From assembly GCA_905478765.1 (NCBI GenBank), contig CAJQJY010000006.1:9362-73361 (forward strand): a stretch of 64,000 nt of DNA, given 5' to 3'. Of the stretch, positions 37,316 through 47,260 are shown one piece after another. The translations under genes were made by a program, and so were the position numbers. The DNA comes from an uncultured Flavobacteriales bacterium (GTDB lineage Bacteria > Bacteroidota > Bacteroidia > Flavobacteriales > BACL11). The notes under the pieces are model-generated. The model was given only the letters and a program-made list of their open reading frames with translations. It had not been told where the DNA came from and did not search any database. Each line of letters starts with the position of its first letter. Position 1 is the first letter of the stretch.

Positions 37316-37798
37316 ATGAAATATTTAATTCCAATTTTAATTCTAATAATTTTTTCATCTTGTACTTTGAAAAAGCATGAAAATGCTAACATTGTGATTC
37401 AAGATCCTGTAGAAATTATGGCCATTAAAAAAGTACTAGAAACACAACAGGAATGTTGGAACAATGGTGATATTAATGGATTTATGGAAGGGTATTGGAA
37501 TTCTGAAGAATTAATATTTACATCACTAAATTATAAGCCAGCGTTTGGATGGAAAAATACTATAGATCGATATAAAAGCAGTTATCCAACTAAAGAAAGT
37601 ATGGGTGAACTTAAATTTGAATTTTTAGATTTGAAACTAATTTCAAAAAATACAGCAAGTTTGAAAGGAAAATGGGAATTGATAAGAGAAAAGGACAACC
37701 CTATGGGACTGTTTTGGCTAGACATAAATAAAATTGAAAAAAAATGGTTAATTACAAAAGATTCTACAATATCATTTGAGATAAATAGACCATCATAA
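37316..37798 (+). CDS. NTF2-like/DUF4440 lipoprotein
   Basis: Lipobox FSSC, WNNGDINGFMEGYW. Confidence 0.8.
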   Translation: MKYLIPILILIIFSSCTLKKHENANIVIQDPVEIMAIKKVLETQQECWNNGDINGFMEGYWNSEELIFTSLNYKPAFGWKNTIDRYKSSYPTKESMGELKFEFLDLKLISKNTASLKGKWELIREKDNPMGLFWLDINKIEKKWLITKDSTISFEINRPS

Positions 37799-37801
37799 CT
37801 T

Positions 37802-38650
37802 ATGAATAAATACCTTTCCTTAATAAAATTTAGCCATACCATATTTGCAATGCCATTTGCTTTGATTGGTTTTTTCTTGGCAACAAAAAATTACGATTTT
37901 GAGTGGGTTACACTTGCTTATGTTGTGCTTTGCATGGTTTTTGCACGCTCGGCAGCCATGGCTTTTAACCGTTATATTGATAGACATGTTGACACGGCTA
38001 ACCCGAGAACTGCTAAGCTTAGAGAAATACCAAACGGAAGTATAAAAGCAAACTCAGCTTTACTATTTGTTATCATTAACTCTTTATTATTTATAGTAAC
38101 TACATATTTAATAAATCCACTTTGCTTAGCGCTTTCTCCAATTGCTTTATTCGTAGTTTTAGGATATAGTTACACCAAACGATTTACTGCATTTTGCCAT
38201 TTGATATTGGGCTTAGGTTTGGCACTTGCACCCATTGGCGCTTACTTGGCTGTTAGTGGTGAGTTTAATATCATCCCATTATTCTTTTCAGCAGCCGTAC
38301 TTTTTTGGGTAAGTGGTTTCGATATTATTTACTCTTTACAAGATGAGGATTTTGATAAAACCCATGAACTCCATTCTATACCTGTATTACTAGGTAAAAA
38401 TAATGCGTTAATACTATCAAATATTTTACATCTACTCTCTTTTTTCGCACTAAGTATTGCAGGGTCATTAGGTGGATTCAGCTTATACTATTGGATAGGT
38501 TTTTGGATTTTTTCCGCCCTACTAGTTTACCAACACACTTTGGTAAAGCATAATGATTTAAGTAATGTAAATCTTGCTTTTTTCACCACAAACGGCATAG
38601 CATCCCTCATTTTTGGTGCATTTGTAATTGCTGATTTATTGCTTAAATAG
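37802..38650 (+). CDS. UbiA-family polyprenyltransferase, MqnP-like
   Basis: KFSHTIFAMPFA, ARSAAMAFNRYID...NPRT, GFDIIYSLQD. Confidence 0.88.
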   Translation: MNKYLSLIKFSHTIFAMPFALIGFFLATKNYDFEWVTLAYVVLCMVFARSAAMAFNRYIDRHVDTANPRTAKLREIPNGSIKANSALLFVIINSLLFIVTTYLINPLCLALSPIALFVVLGYSYTKRFTAFCHLILGLGLALAPIGAYLAVSGEFNIIPLFFSAAVLFWVSGFDIIYSLQDEDFDKTHELHSIPVLLGKNNALILSNILHLLSFFALSIAGSLGGFSLYYWIGFWIFSALLVYQHTLVKHNDLSNVNLAFFTTNGIASLIFGAFVIADLLLK

Positions 38651-38705
38651 TCCTTTTTTATTTATTGATTTATTTTAATCTAGGGGATTAAAATTTGACT
38701 AATAA

Positions 38706-40103
38706 TTAAAATATTTTTCCAGGATTTAAAATCTGATTCGGATCAAAAATTTTTTTTATTCCTTTTTGTAATTCTATGTTTTTATCGGATAAAACAATAC
38801 CTAAATATTCCTTCTGAACTAAACCTATTCCATGTTCACCACTAATTGTACCCCCTAAATTTTTGGTAAGTTCAAAAATTTCACGAATTCCAAAAGTGAG
38901 TTTATTATTCCAGTCAGTGTCAGACATCTCTCCTTTTATTATATTTACATGTAAATTTCCATCTCCTGCATGTCCATAGCAAACTGATTTGAACCCATAT
39001 TTTGCACCAATTTCTTTTACTCCTATTAATAGCTTTGCTAATTCAGCTCTTGGGACTACAGTATCTTCTTCTTTGTATACCGAATTTGCTTGTACAGCCT
39101 CTCCTACCGATCTTCTTAATTTCCATAATTGTTCTTTTTGACCTCCACTATCAGCAAGTAGTATCTCTCCACAATCAAATTGCTCCATAACTTCAGCAAT
39201 TTTTTCACAATCCTTATAAAGTAAATCAATATCATTACCATCAACTTCAATTAAAAGATGAGCTTGTACATTGTCTAATATCTGAATTTCTATATCTGTG
39301 TATTTTATTGTCCAATCTATCGCATCTCTTTCAATAAACTCTAAAGCTGATGGAGTAATTCCAGCTCTAAAAACTGCTGATACTGCTTCACAAGCTTGTT
39401 CAGCTGAAGAAAATGGTGCAAGCATGGTAATATCTTTGGTTGGCAAAGGGATAAGTTTAAAAACAATTTTAGTAATAATCCCTAGAGTACCTTCACTTCC
39501 AATCAACAATTGTGTTAAGTTGTATCCAGTTGAGTTTTTAAGCACATTTGCTCCTGTCCAAATAATTTCTCCAGTAGGTAAAACAACTTCCAAGTTTAAA
39601 ACATAATCTTTAGTAACACCATATTTCAGAGCTTTCGGACCACCAGAATTCTCTGCCAAATTTCCACCTAAAAAACAACTTCCTTTACTTGCAGGATCTG
39701 GTGGATAAAAAAGTCCCTTCTCCTCGACTGCATCTCTAAAAACTTGATTGATAACACCCGGCTCAACTTTTGCTTGTAAATTTCTTTCATCAATTTCAAT
39801 AATAGAATTTAACCGTTCTGTACTTAATGCAATTCCTCCTTTTATAGGCAAACTTCCTCCACTTAAACCAGTTCTTGCTCCACAAGGTGTAATAGAAATT
39901 AATTTATCATTGCAATAGGTTACAATTTTTGAGATTTCTTCAGTATTTTTAGGTTTTAAAACTACTTCTGGAGGATAAGATAAATCCTCAGTTTCGTCAC
40001 TACTATATTCTAGTAATTTACCTTCATCTGAAAAAATAAAATCAGCACCAACAATATCTTTTAAAACTGCTAGATTATCAATATTTATCTTCTTGTATTC
40101 CAC
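38706..40103 (-). CDS. FAD-linked oxidase, GlcD/D-lactate dehydrogenase family
   Basis: YPPDPAS, GSEGTLG, GHAGDGNLH, SGEHGIG. Confidence 0.92.
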   Translation of the reverse strand: MEYKKINIDNLAVLKDIVGADFIFSDEGKLLEYSSDETEDLSYPPEVVLKPKNTEEISKIVTYCNDKLISITPCGARTGLSGGSLPIKGGIALSTERLNSIIEIDERNLQAKVEPGVINQVFRDAVEEKGLFYPPDPASKGSCFLGGNLAENSGGPKALKYGVTKDYVLNLEVVLPTGEIIWTGANVLKNSTGYNLTQLLIGSEGTLGIITKIVFKLIPLPTKDITMLAPFSSAEQACEAVSAVFRAGITPSALEFIERDAIDWTIKYTDIEIQILDNVQAHLLIEVDGNDIDLLYKDCEKIAEVMEQFDCGEILLADSGGQKEQLWKLRRSVGEAVQANSVYKEEDTVVPRAELAKLLIGVKEIGAKYGFKSVCYGHAGDGNLHVNIIKGEMSDTDWNNKLTFGIREIFELTKNLGGTISGEHGIGLVQKEYLGIVLSDKNIELQKGIKKIFDPNQILNPGKIF

Positions 40104-40155
40104 ATCACAAATTTAATTAAATTCGCCACACCAAATATAAACTTACAATTCAAAA

Positions 40156-42309
40156 ATGAAAAAAATACTAACACTTTTCTTAGCAATATTAATTATAACT
40201 CCAACTTTTGCTCAAAAAAGAGATATCACTCTTGATGATTTATGGCAGAATTATACTTTTAACCCATCAAATATTAGGGGATTCAATTCTATGAATGATG
40301 GAGAGCATTATTCTACTATGGAAAAAACTGAAAATGGGCAGGAAATTATAAAGTATCAATTTAAAGATGGTAAAAAAGTTCGTACACTTTTTTCAAGTGC
40401 TGATTTCAATATTCAAAGAATTAACAATTATACTTTTTCTGATGATGAAAAGCTATTATTATTAAGCACAGAAACAGAGAAAATTTATCGCTATTCCTCA
40501 AAGTCAGCTTATTATATATATAATATTTTTACTGACAAATTAAAGAAACTAACGGATGACAAAGTAATGTATGCAACATTTTCACCAACTGGAGAGAAAG
40601 TAGCTTATGTTTTTGATAATAATCTTTATATCAAAAATCTCAGAAGTGAAAAGATTACTCAAGTTACCACTGATGGAAAAAAGAATCATATTATTAATGG
40701 TGCTTCTGATTGGGTTTATGAAGAAGAATTTGCTTTAGTCCGTTCATTTGAATGGTCAAAAAATGGAGATTATTTAGCTTATTATAAGTTTGACGAAAGT
40801 AATGTAAAAGAATTTTCAATGGACTTATTTAAAGGTGGCTTATACCCTATCCAGGAAGTTTTTAAATATCCTAAAGCTGGAGAAGATAATTCAGTTGTAA
40901 AAATCTACACTTACAATGTAAAAGAAGCTCAAAGCACTTTCATTTACACTGAAAAAGATTATGAATATTTCCCAAGAATCAAATGGACTAACAATGCTAG
41001 AAAATTAGTAATACTAGCAATGAATCGCCATCAAAATGAACTAGACTTTATAGTTGCTAATGCAAATGATGGGAGTAATAAAATACTCTTTACTGAAAAA
41101 GACAAATACTATATTGATGTAAATGACAACTTAACATTTCTTCCTGAAGATAATTTTATTTGGACATCAGAAAAAGATGGTTTCAATCATGTGTATTTAA
41201 AAGATTTTGAGGGAGGTGAAATTCAAATTACAAAAGGAGATTGGGAAGTAACATCCTTTCATGGAGTAGATTCTGACAAGATGGAAATATACTATACATC
41301 TACTGAAGATGGCTCAACAAATCGTTCTCTTTTTGTTCAAAATTTAGATACTGATGAAAAAAGAAAACTTTCTACTAATATAGGTACAAATTCTGCATCA
41401 TTTAGTAATGGACTAAAATATTATATGAATTCTATTTCTACTGCAAATTCTGCTCCAAAATTCACTCTACATAAAGCTGATGGGACTCAACTTAAAGTTT
41501 TGGAAGACAATGCTGAATTTGAAACTAAAATGGAAGAGTTTAATCTTTCAGAAAAAGAATTTTTCACTATCAAAACAGAAGATGCAGAATTAAATGCTTG
41601 GATGATTAAACCACCTGATTTTGATAAAAACAAAGAATATCCTCTTTATATGTTTTTATATGGAGGTCCAGGTTCGCAACAAGTAACCAACTCTTTCGGC
41701 TGGATAAACTATTACTGGTACCAAATGCTTGCTCAAAAAGGATATATTGTTGCTTGTGTGGATAATAGAGGAACAGGGGGGAAAGGATCAGAATTCAAAA
41801 AAATGACTTACAAAGAACTAGGAAAATATGAGACTATTGATCAGATAAATGCAGCAAAATATCTTGGATCACTTCAATATATTGATGCTAATAGAATTGG
41901 TATTCAAGGTTGGAGTTATGGAGGTTATATGTCCTCATTAGCAATTACAAAAGGTGCAGATGTTTTCTCATTAGCAATAGCAGTTGCTCCAGTAACCAAT
42001 TGGCGTTATTACGATAATATATATACAGAACGCTATATGCAAACCCCACATGAGAACGCAAGTGGATATGATGAGAACTCTCCAATTAATCATGTAGATA
42101 AACTAAAAGGCAGTTATTTATTAGTACATGGAAGTGCGGATGACAATGTACATGTACAAAATACTATGGAAATGATTTCTGCTCTTGTAAAAGCAAATAA
42201 ACAATTTGATTTATTCATTTATACCGATAAAAACCACGGAATATATGGAGGTAATACACGTCACCATTTATACAAAAAAATGACTGATTTCATTTTAGAT
42301 AATCTATAA
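40156..42309 (+). CDS. Dipeptidyl peptidase IV (S9B)
   Basis: DWVYEEE, GWSYGG, DDNVH, signal peptide. Confidence 0.95.
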   Translation: MKKILTLFLAILIITPTFAQKRDITLDDLWQNYTFNPSNIRGFNSMNDGEHYSTMEKTENGQEIIKYQFKDGKKVRTLFSSADFNIQRINNYTFSDDEKLLLLSTETEKIYRYSSKSAYYIYNIFTDKLKKLTDDKVMYATFSPTGEKVAYVFDNNLYIKNLRSEKITQVTTDGKKNHIINGASDWVYEEEFALVRSFEWSKNGDYLAYYKFDESNVKEFSMDLFKGGLYPIQEVFKYPKAGEDNSVVKIYTYNVKEAQSTFIYTEKDYEYFPRIKWTNNARKLVILAMNRHQNELDFIVANANDGSNKILFTEKDKYYIDVNDNLTFLPEDNFIWTSEKDGFNHVYLKDFEGGEIQITKGDWEVTSFHGVDSDKMEIYYTSTEDGSTNRSLFVQNLDTDEKRKLSTNIGTNSASFSNGLKYYMNSISTANSAPKFTLHKADGTQLKVLEDNAEFETKMEEFNLSEKEFFTIKTEDAELNAWMIKPPDFDKNKEYPLYMFLYGGPGSQQVTNSFGWINYYWYQMLAQKGYIVACVDNRGTGGKGSEFKKMTYKELGKYETIDQINAAKYLGSLQYIDANRIGIQGWSYGGYMSSLAITKGADVFSLAIAVAPVTNWRYYDNIYTERYMQTPHENASGYDENSPINHVDKLKGSYLLVHGSADDNVHVQNTMEMISALVKANKQFDLFIYTDKNHGIYGGNTRHHLYKKMTDFILDNL

Positions 42310-42356
42310 CAGAAAAATTTACTATTTTCGGCAACTATTAAAAACAAAAAAACACT

Positions 42357-43955
42357 ATGATACAAATTATTGGCTACATCCTTTTTACAATATTAATATT
42401 ATATATCGCAAAAAGCTATCTAGATAAGAAAGGGCATCCTAAAGCATTATTCTATTTGTTTTTTGCTGAAATGTGGGAAAGATTCTCATTCTATGGAATG
42501 CGCGCTTTACTTACCTTGTACTTAATAAAAGATTACTATGCACATCTCGAAAATAATGAAGAAGTAGCGTATGGGATTTATGCTGCTTATGGTGCTCTCG
42601 TGTATTTAACCCCACTCATTGGCGGTTATTTAGCAGATAAGTTTATCGGCTACAGAAAATCGATAATTTATGGTGGAGTACTTATGGCACTAGGACACTT
42701 TTTTATGGCTTTCCCAACAGATTTCTTCTTTTATGGAGCACTTGGATTATTAATTATTGGTAATGGATTCTTTAAGCCTAATATCTCAACATTAGTTGGT
42801 TCTCTTTATGAAGAAGGGGATGTAAAAAGAGATGGAGGGTTTACTATATTCTATATGGGTATTAACTTAGGAGCTATGATTGCTCCTCTTTTTTGTGGTT
42901 ATTTAGGTGAAGTATATGGGTGGCACTGGGGTTTTGGAGCGGCAGGAATTGGAATGCTAGCAGGTTTAGTGGTATTCTGGAAAGGAATTAATGCAAATGT
43001 ATTGGGAGATAAAGGATTGCAACCAGCCGAGTATATTGGAAAGAAAATAGCAGGATTATCTATTACTAACTTTATTTATGCATTAGGATTTTTAGCTGTA
43101 CCTGTCTTTGCATACCTTATTATTCTTGACACACAATCAGAAGTATTAGGTAATGTACTAACTATTGTTGGTGGTGCCGTTCTACTTTATGTTGGATATA
43201 TTATTTACGATTTTAAAGTTGTACAGAAAGATCATCAAAGTGGAGATAGGCTAATTGCAATTATGATACTTGCTGTATTTTGTACAATCTTTTGGGCATG
43301 TTTTGAGCAGGCAGGAAGTTCAATTACTGTTTGGGTTGACAAATGTGTAAATCTAGTTGGGATGACCGCATCTCAAACAAATGCAATTAATCCTTTTTAT
43401 ATAGTACTTTTAGCTATTCCATTCTCTTGGTTGTGGACGAAGTTAGGTGGGTTAAATAAGAATCCAAATACTCCAATGAAATTTGCACTTGGTATTTTCC
43501 AATTAGGATTAGGCTTTTTGATATTTGCATCTACTGCTCACTTCATGGGTGAAGATGGAAAAATCCCTTTCTTATTTGTATTCTTAGGATATTTCTTAAT
43601 TACTACAGGTGAGTTATTTTTATCTCCAATAGGTTTGTCAAAAGTAACAGAGCTAGCACCAAAGAAGATTGCAGCATTTATGATGGGGGTATGGTTCTTG
43701 TCTTCAACTTTTGCTCATTATATTTCTGGTGTGATTGCAAAACTTACAACTTCTGGAAATGAGATAGAAAGTAATTGGCTTTCTGATTTAAGCAATTGGT
43801 TTATGGGCAACCCAGATACTTCAAATGAAGCAGTAGCAATCCTTTTACAATACAATAGTATATATGGACAGATAGGATTTGTTACAATATTTATAGCATT
43901 ATTCGTTGTTATTATATCACCATTTATTAAAAAACTGATGCACGGCATCCACTAA
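42357..43955 (+). CDS. Proton-dependent oligopeptide (POT) transporter
   Basis: EMWERFSFYG, FYMGINLG. Confidence 0.95.
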   Translation: MIQIIGYILFTILILYIAKSYLDKKGHPKALFYLFFAEMWERFSFYGMRALLTLYLIKDYYAHLENNEEVAYGIYAAYGALVYLTPLIGGYLADKFIGYRKSIIYGGVLMALGHFFMAFPTDFFFYGALGLLIIGNGFFKPNISTLVGSLYEEGDVKRDGGFTIFYMGINLGAMIAPLFCGYLGEVYGWHWGFGAAGIGMLAGLVVFWKGINANVLGDKGLQPAEYIGKKIAGLSITNFIYALGFLAVPVFAYLIILDTQSEVLGNVLTIVGGAVLLYVGYIIYDFKVVQKDHQSGDRLIAIMILAVFCTIFWACFEQAGSSITVWVDKCVNLVGMTASQTNAINPFYIVLLAIPFSWLWTKLGGLNKNPNTPMKFALGIFQLGLGFLIFASTAHFMGEDGKIPFLFVFLGYFLITTGELFLSPIGLSKVTELAPKKIAAFMMGVWFLSSTFAHYISGVIAKLTTSGNEIESNWLSDLSNWFMGNPDTSNEAVAILLQYNSIYGQIGFVTIFIALFVVIISPFIKKLMHGIH

Positions 43956-43969
43956 AAAAAAAAAAAAAA

Positions 43970-44431
43970 ATGAAAAATTTATTAGCAGTATTATTAATCG
44001 CATTTTCTCTTAACGGATTTGCACAACAAAAAGAATTAACTTGGCACACTGATGTTAATAAAGCAGTCAACCTTTCTGTACAAAGCGGAAAACCATTATT
44101 CTTCTTTTTCACTGGAAGTGATTGGTGTGGTTGGTGTATTAAACTACAAAAAGAAGTATTCTTCTTGCCTGAATTTAAAAAATGGGCAACTAAAAATGTA
44201 ATTCTAGTTGAGCTTGATTTTCCTAGAAGAACTCCAATTTCTGATGAATTGAAAAAACAAAACAGAGAACTCGCAAATATGTTTGGTGTAAGAGGCTATC
44301 CTAGTGTTTGGCTAGTTACACCTAGTATTACAGAAGGAAAAGTTAACTTTAATAAACTAGGTTCTCAAGGTTATGTTAGAGGCGGCCCTTCAGCTTGGAT
44401 TGCTGGTGCTAACAAAATCTTAAATAATTAA
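43970..44431 (+). CDS. Thioredoxin-family secreted protein
   Basis: FTGSDWCGWC. Confidence 0.9.
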   Translation: MKNLLAVLLIAFSLNGFAQQKELTWHTDVNKAVNLSVQSGKPLFFFFTGSDWCGWCIKLQKEVFFLPEFKKWATKNVILVELDFPRRTPISDELKKQNRELANMFGVRGYPSVWLVTPSITEGKVNFNKLGSQGYVRGGPSAWIAGANKILNN

Positions 44432-44435
44432 TCAA

Positions 44436-44933
44436 ATGAAAAGGTTAGTTATACTTTTATTGGCTATTACTCCTTTTACTGCGTTTTCACAAGGAGCTTT
44501 AAAAAATAAAATCGATTGGATTCCTTTAGAAAAAGCCAAAAAATATGCTAAAAAGTATGATAAAAATATTCTTGTTTTTTTCTATAAAAAAAATTGCCAA
44601 TATTGTGAAGAAATGAAAAGTGAAACTTTATCTGACCAAACAGTTATTGATTTTATCAATCATAATTTCTTTCCTGTAAAAATTGATTCAAGAACTAAAG
44701 ATACAATACTGTACAATAGGATAAAATATTCTAATCAACAACCCATATCACATGGATCAACTTTTAGGCATGACTTTTATCACGAAGTTGCAAGATTTAA
44801 TCGAAATGGAGAAGATTTAACTACAACTCCAACTGTAGTCCTCTTCAATAGTAAATTTGAAAAAATTAATGTGTTACCAGGAAAACAAGCTAAACCACTT
44901 CTTTTAAGAAATATTAAAGCATATATCAAATAA
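44436..44933 (+). CDS. Thioredoxin-like (SoxW/DUF255-type) secreted protein
   Basis: CQYC motif, TTPT cis-Pro loop. Confidence 0.8.
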   Translation: MKRLVILLLAITPFTAFSQGALKNKIDWIPLEKAKKYAKKYDKNILVFFYKKNCQYCEEMKSETLSDQTVIDFINHNFFPVKIDSRTKDTILYNRIKYSNQQPISHGSTFRHDFYHEVARFNRNGEDLTTTPTVVLFNSKFEKINVLPGKQAKPLLLRNIKAYIK

Positions 44934-44964
44934 AAAAGGAGCTAATTATTTAGCTCCTTTTTTA
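44931..44964. terminator. Bidirectional terminator
   Basis: TAAAAAAGGAGCTAA/TTAGCTCCTTTTTTA between a CDS and a convergent tRNA. Confidence 0.85.
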
Positions 44965-44970
44965 TTAGTG

Positions 44971-45045
44971 GGTGACTGATGGGACTCGAACCCACGACCC
45001 CCGGCACCACAAACCAGTGCTCTAACCAACTGAGCTACAATCACC
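44971..45045 (-). tRNA. tRNA-His(GTG)
   Basis: Cloverleaf with G-1:C73, anticodon loop TTGTGGT, GGTTCGAGTCC. Confidence 0.95.
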
Positions 45046-45057
45046 ATTTAATGGCTG

Positions 45058-45105
45058 CAAATATATAATTTTATAGCATATTGATGAATAAACTTAATAC
45101 ATTTG
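45058..45105. promoter_or_regulatory. Divergent -7 promoter boxes for tRNA-His and copA
   Basis: TATATTTG on the minus strand (45058-45065) and TACATTTG on the plus strand (45098-45105). Confidence 0.65.
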
Positions 45106-45111
45106 TAACTT

Positions 45112-47217
45112 ATGAAAATTGATAATAAAAAATTAAAGCTACAGGTTGAAGGTATGACTTGTGCTAACTGTGCTGCAGGAATCAAAAAGCACTTAGAAAA
45201 CAATGGATTACAAGATGTAAATGTAAACTTCTCAACTGGTGAAGCTAGTTGGGGAAATGATAAACAACAAGATAAAAATGATGTTGCAAAAACTATTACT
45301 AACCTTGGTTATAAAATAAAATCATCATCAAAAGAAGAAGAAAAAGGATTGTCTAAAGTTGAAAATTATTTCTATTTTACTTTAATTTTTACACTTCCTC
45401 TTTTTTCACATATGTTCTTACCTAAGGGTAGTATTATTCAAAATCCATTTTTACAATTTATACTCTGCCTTCCAGTATATATTATAGGTGTTTCGTATTT
45501 TGGGAAAAGTGCTTGGGGGTCGATAAAAACAGGTATTCCAAATATGGATGTACTAATTTTTACAGGTAGTTCAGCTGCTTTTTTCTACAGCGTATATGGT
45601 TGGTTAATTAATTATGGAACACCAGTAGTCCATCATTATTTATTTTTTGAAACAAGTGCAACTATTATTACTCTAGTACTTCTTGGAAATGTATTGGAAC
45701 ACAAATCTGTAAAGAAAACTACTACAGCAATTGGGGATTTAACTGCAATACAAAAAGTAATCGCAAAAAAAGAAATAGAAGGAAAAATTACAGAAGTTAA
45801 TTTTGAAGATATTAGAGTAAATGATATTCTTTTTATTAATTCTGGTGATAGAATTCCAACAGATGGTATTATTCTTTCTGGGACATCTTATATAGATGAA
45901 TCCATGATCACAGGTGAAAGTTTTCCTATAAATAAAACAAAAGGAGATGAAGTAATTGGAGGAACTATTATTACTGATGGAAATCTAAAAATAAAGGCTA
46001 CTAAAATTGGAGATGACACTATACTTTCTCAAATAATTGAATTGGTTAAAAATGCGCAAAACAATAAACCTAACATTCAAAAAATAGGTGACCAAGTAAG
46101 TGCTGTTTTTGTACCTGTTGTTTTAACTATCTCTCTAGCCACTTTTTTTATTGGCCATTATTTTTTTAATATTGAAATACAAGATGCTTTCTTAAGATCG
46201 ATTGCAGTACTAGTAATTTCATGCCCTTGCGCAATGGGATTAGCAACCCCTACAGCAGTTATGGTAGGAATTGGTCGTGCAGCAAAAAATGGAATTCTTA
46301 TAAAGGGTGGTAGTACCTTAGAAAAATTAGCTAGTATAAAAAATATAGTTATTGATAAAACAGGAACACTCACGACAGGCAAGTTTATTGTATCCAAATT
46401 TAATATTCTGGATGGTGATGAAAATGATGTTAAAGATATTATTTACAATATTGAACAGCACAGCTCACACCCTATTGCAAAATCTTTATGCAATGCATTC
46501 CAAGAAAATAGTAGTATACTCAAACTATCAGATATTATTGAAGAAAAAGGAATTAGTATAAGTGCTAATATTAATGATAATGTCTATACTATTGGCTCAT
46601 CAAAAATATATTCTTCAGCAGAAAAATATGATTTATGTGTATTAAAAAACAAGGAACTTATTGCTACTCTTAACATTAGTGATGAACTAAAAAAGAATAC
46701 AGATTTAGTTATTTCATCCTTACATAAAAGTGGCTACACTACTACCCTATTAAGTGGGGATAAAAAAGAAAAATGCAATCAAATAGCTTCTGAATTAGGC
46801 ATTACAACAACTTATAGCGAACAATTTCCACAAGATAAAATTGAAAAAATTGAAAAATTAGTAAGTCGCAATAAAACAGCAATGGTAGGTGATGGTATAA
46901 ATGACGCTCCTGCCCTTGCAAGAGCAACTATTGGAATATCTTTAGGTAATGCAACACAAATAGCTATACAATCAGCAGATGTAGTCCTGTTAAATAATGA
47001 AGATTTAAGTCAACTTCCACAAACAATGCAAATTGGTAAGCATACTCTACTTACAATAAAACAAAATTTATTTTGGGCCTTTGCTTATAATTTTGTTGCT
47101 ATCCCTATTGCTGTAATGGGACTTCTTAACCCTATGTGGGGGGCATTTTTTATGGCATTTTCTGATGTTATAGTTATTGGTAACTCAATTAGGTTACGAT
47201 ATAAGAATATTTTTTAG
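45112..47217 (+). CDS. copA: Copper-translocating P1B-type ATPase
   Basis: GMTCANC HMA domain, TGES, CPC, DKTGT, GDGIND, YN and MAFS. Confidence 0.9.
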   Translation: MKIDNKKLKLQVEGMTCANCAAGIKKHLENNGLQDVNVNFSTGEASWGNDKQQDKNDVAKTITNLGYKIKSSSKEEEKGLSKVENYFYFTLIFTLPLFSHMFLPKGSIIQNPFLQFILCLPVYIIGVSYFGKSAWGSIKTGIPNMDVLIFTGSSAAFFYSVYGWLINYGTPVVHHYLFFETSATIITLVLLGNVLEHKSVKKTTTAIGDLTAIQKVIAKKEIEGKITEVNFEDIRVNDILFINSGDRIPTDGIILSGTSYIDESMITGESFPINKTKGDEVIGGTIITDGNLKIKATKIGDDTILSQIIELVKNAQNNKPNIQKIGDQVSAVFVPVVLTISLATFFIGHYFFNIEIQDAFLRSIAVLVISCPCAMGLATPTAVMVGIGRAAKNGILIKGGSTLEKLASIKNIVIDKTGTLTTGKFIVSKFNILDGDENDVKDIIYNIEQHSSHPIAKSLCNAFQENSSILKLSDIIEEKGISISANINDNVYTIGSSKIYSSAEKYDLCVLKNKELIATLNISDELKKNTDLVISSLHKSGYTTTLLSGDKKEKCNQIASELGITTTYSEQFPQDKIEKIEKLVSRNKTAMVGDGINDAPALARATIGISLGNATQIAIQSADVVLLNNEDLSQLPQTMQIGKHTLLTIKQNLFWAFAYNFVAIPIAVMGLLNPMWGAFFMAFSDVIVIGNSIRLRYKNIF

Positions 47218-47260
47218 TATCTTAGCATCAAAAAATTATTAAAATAAATAACAAAACAAT

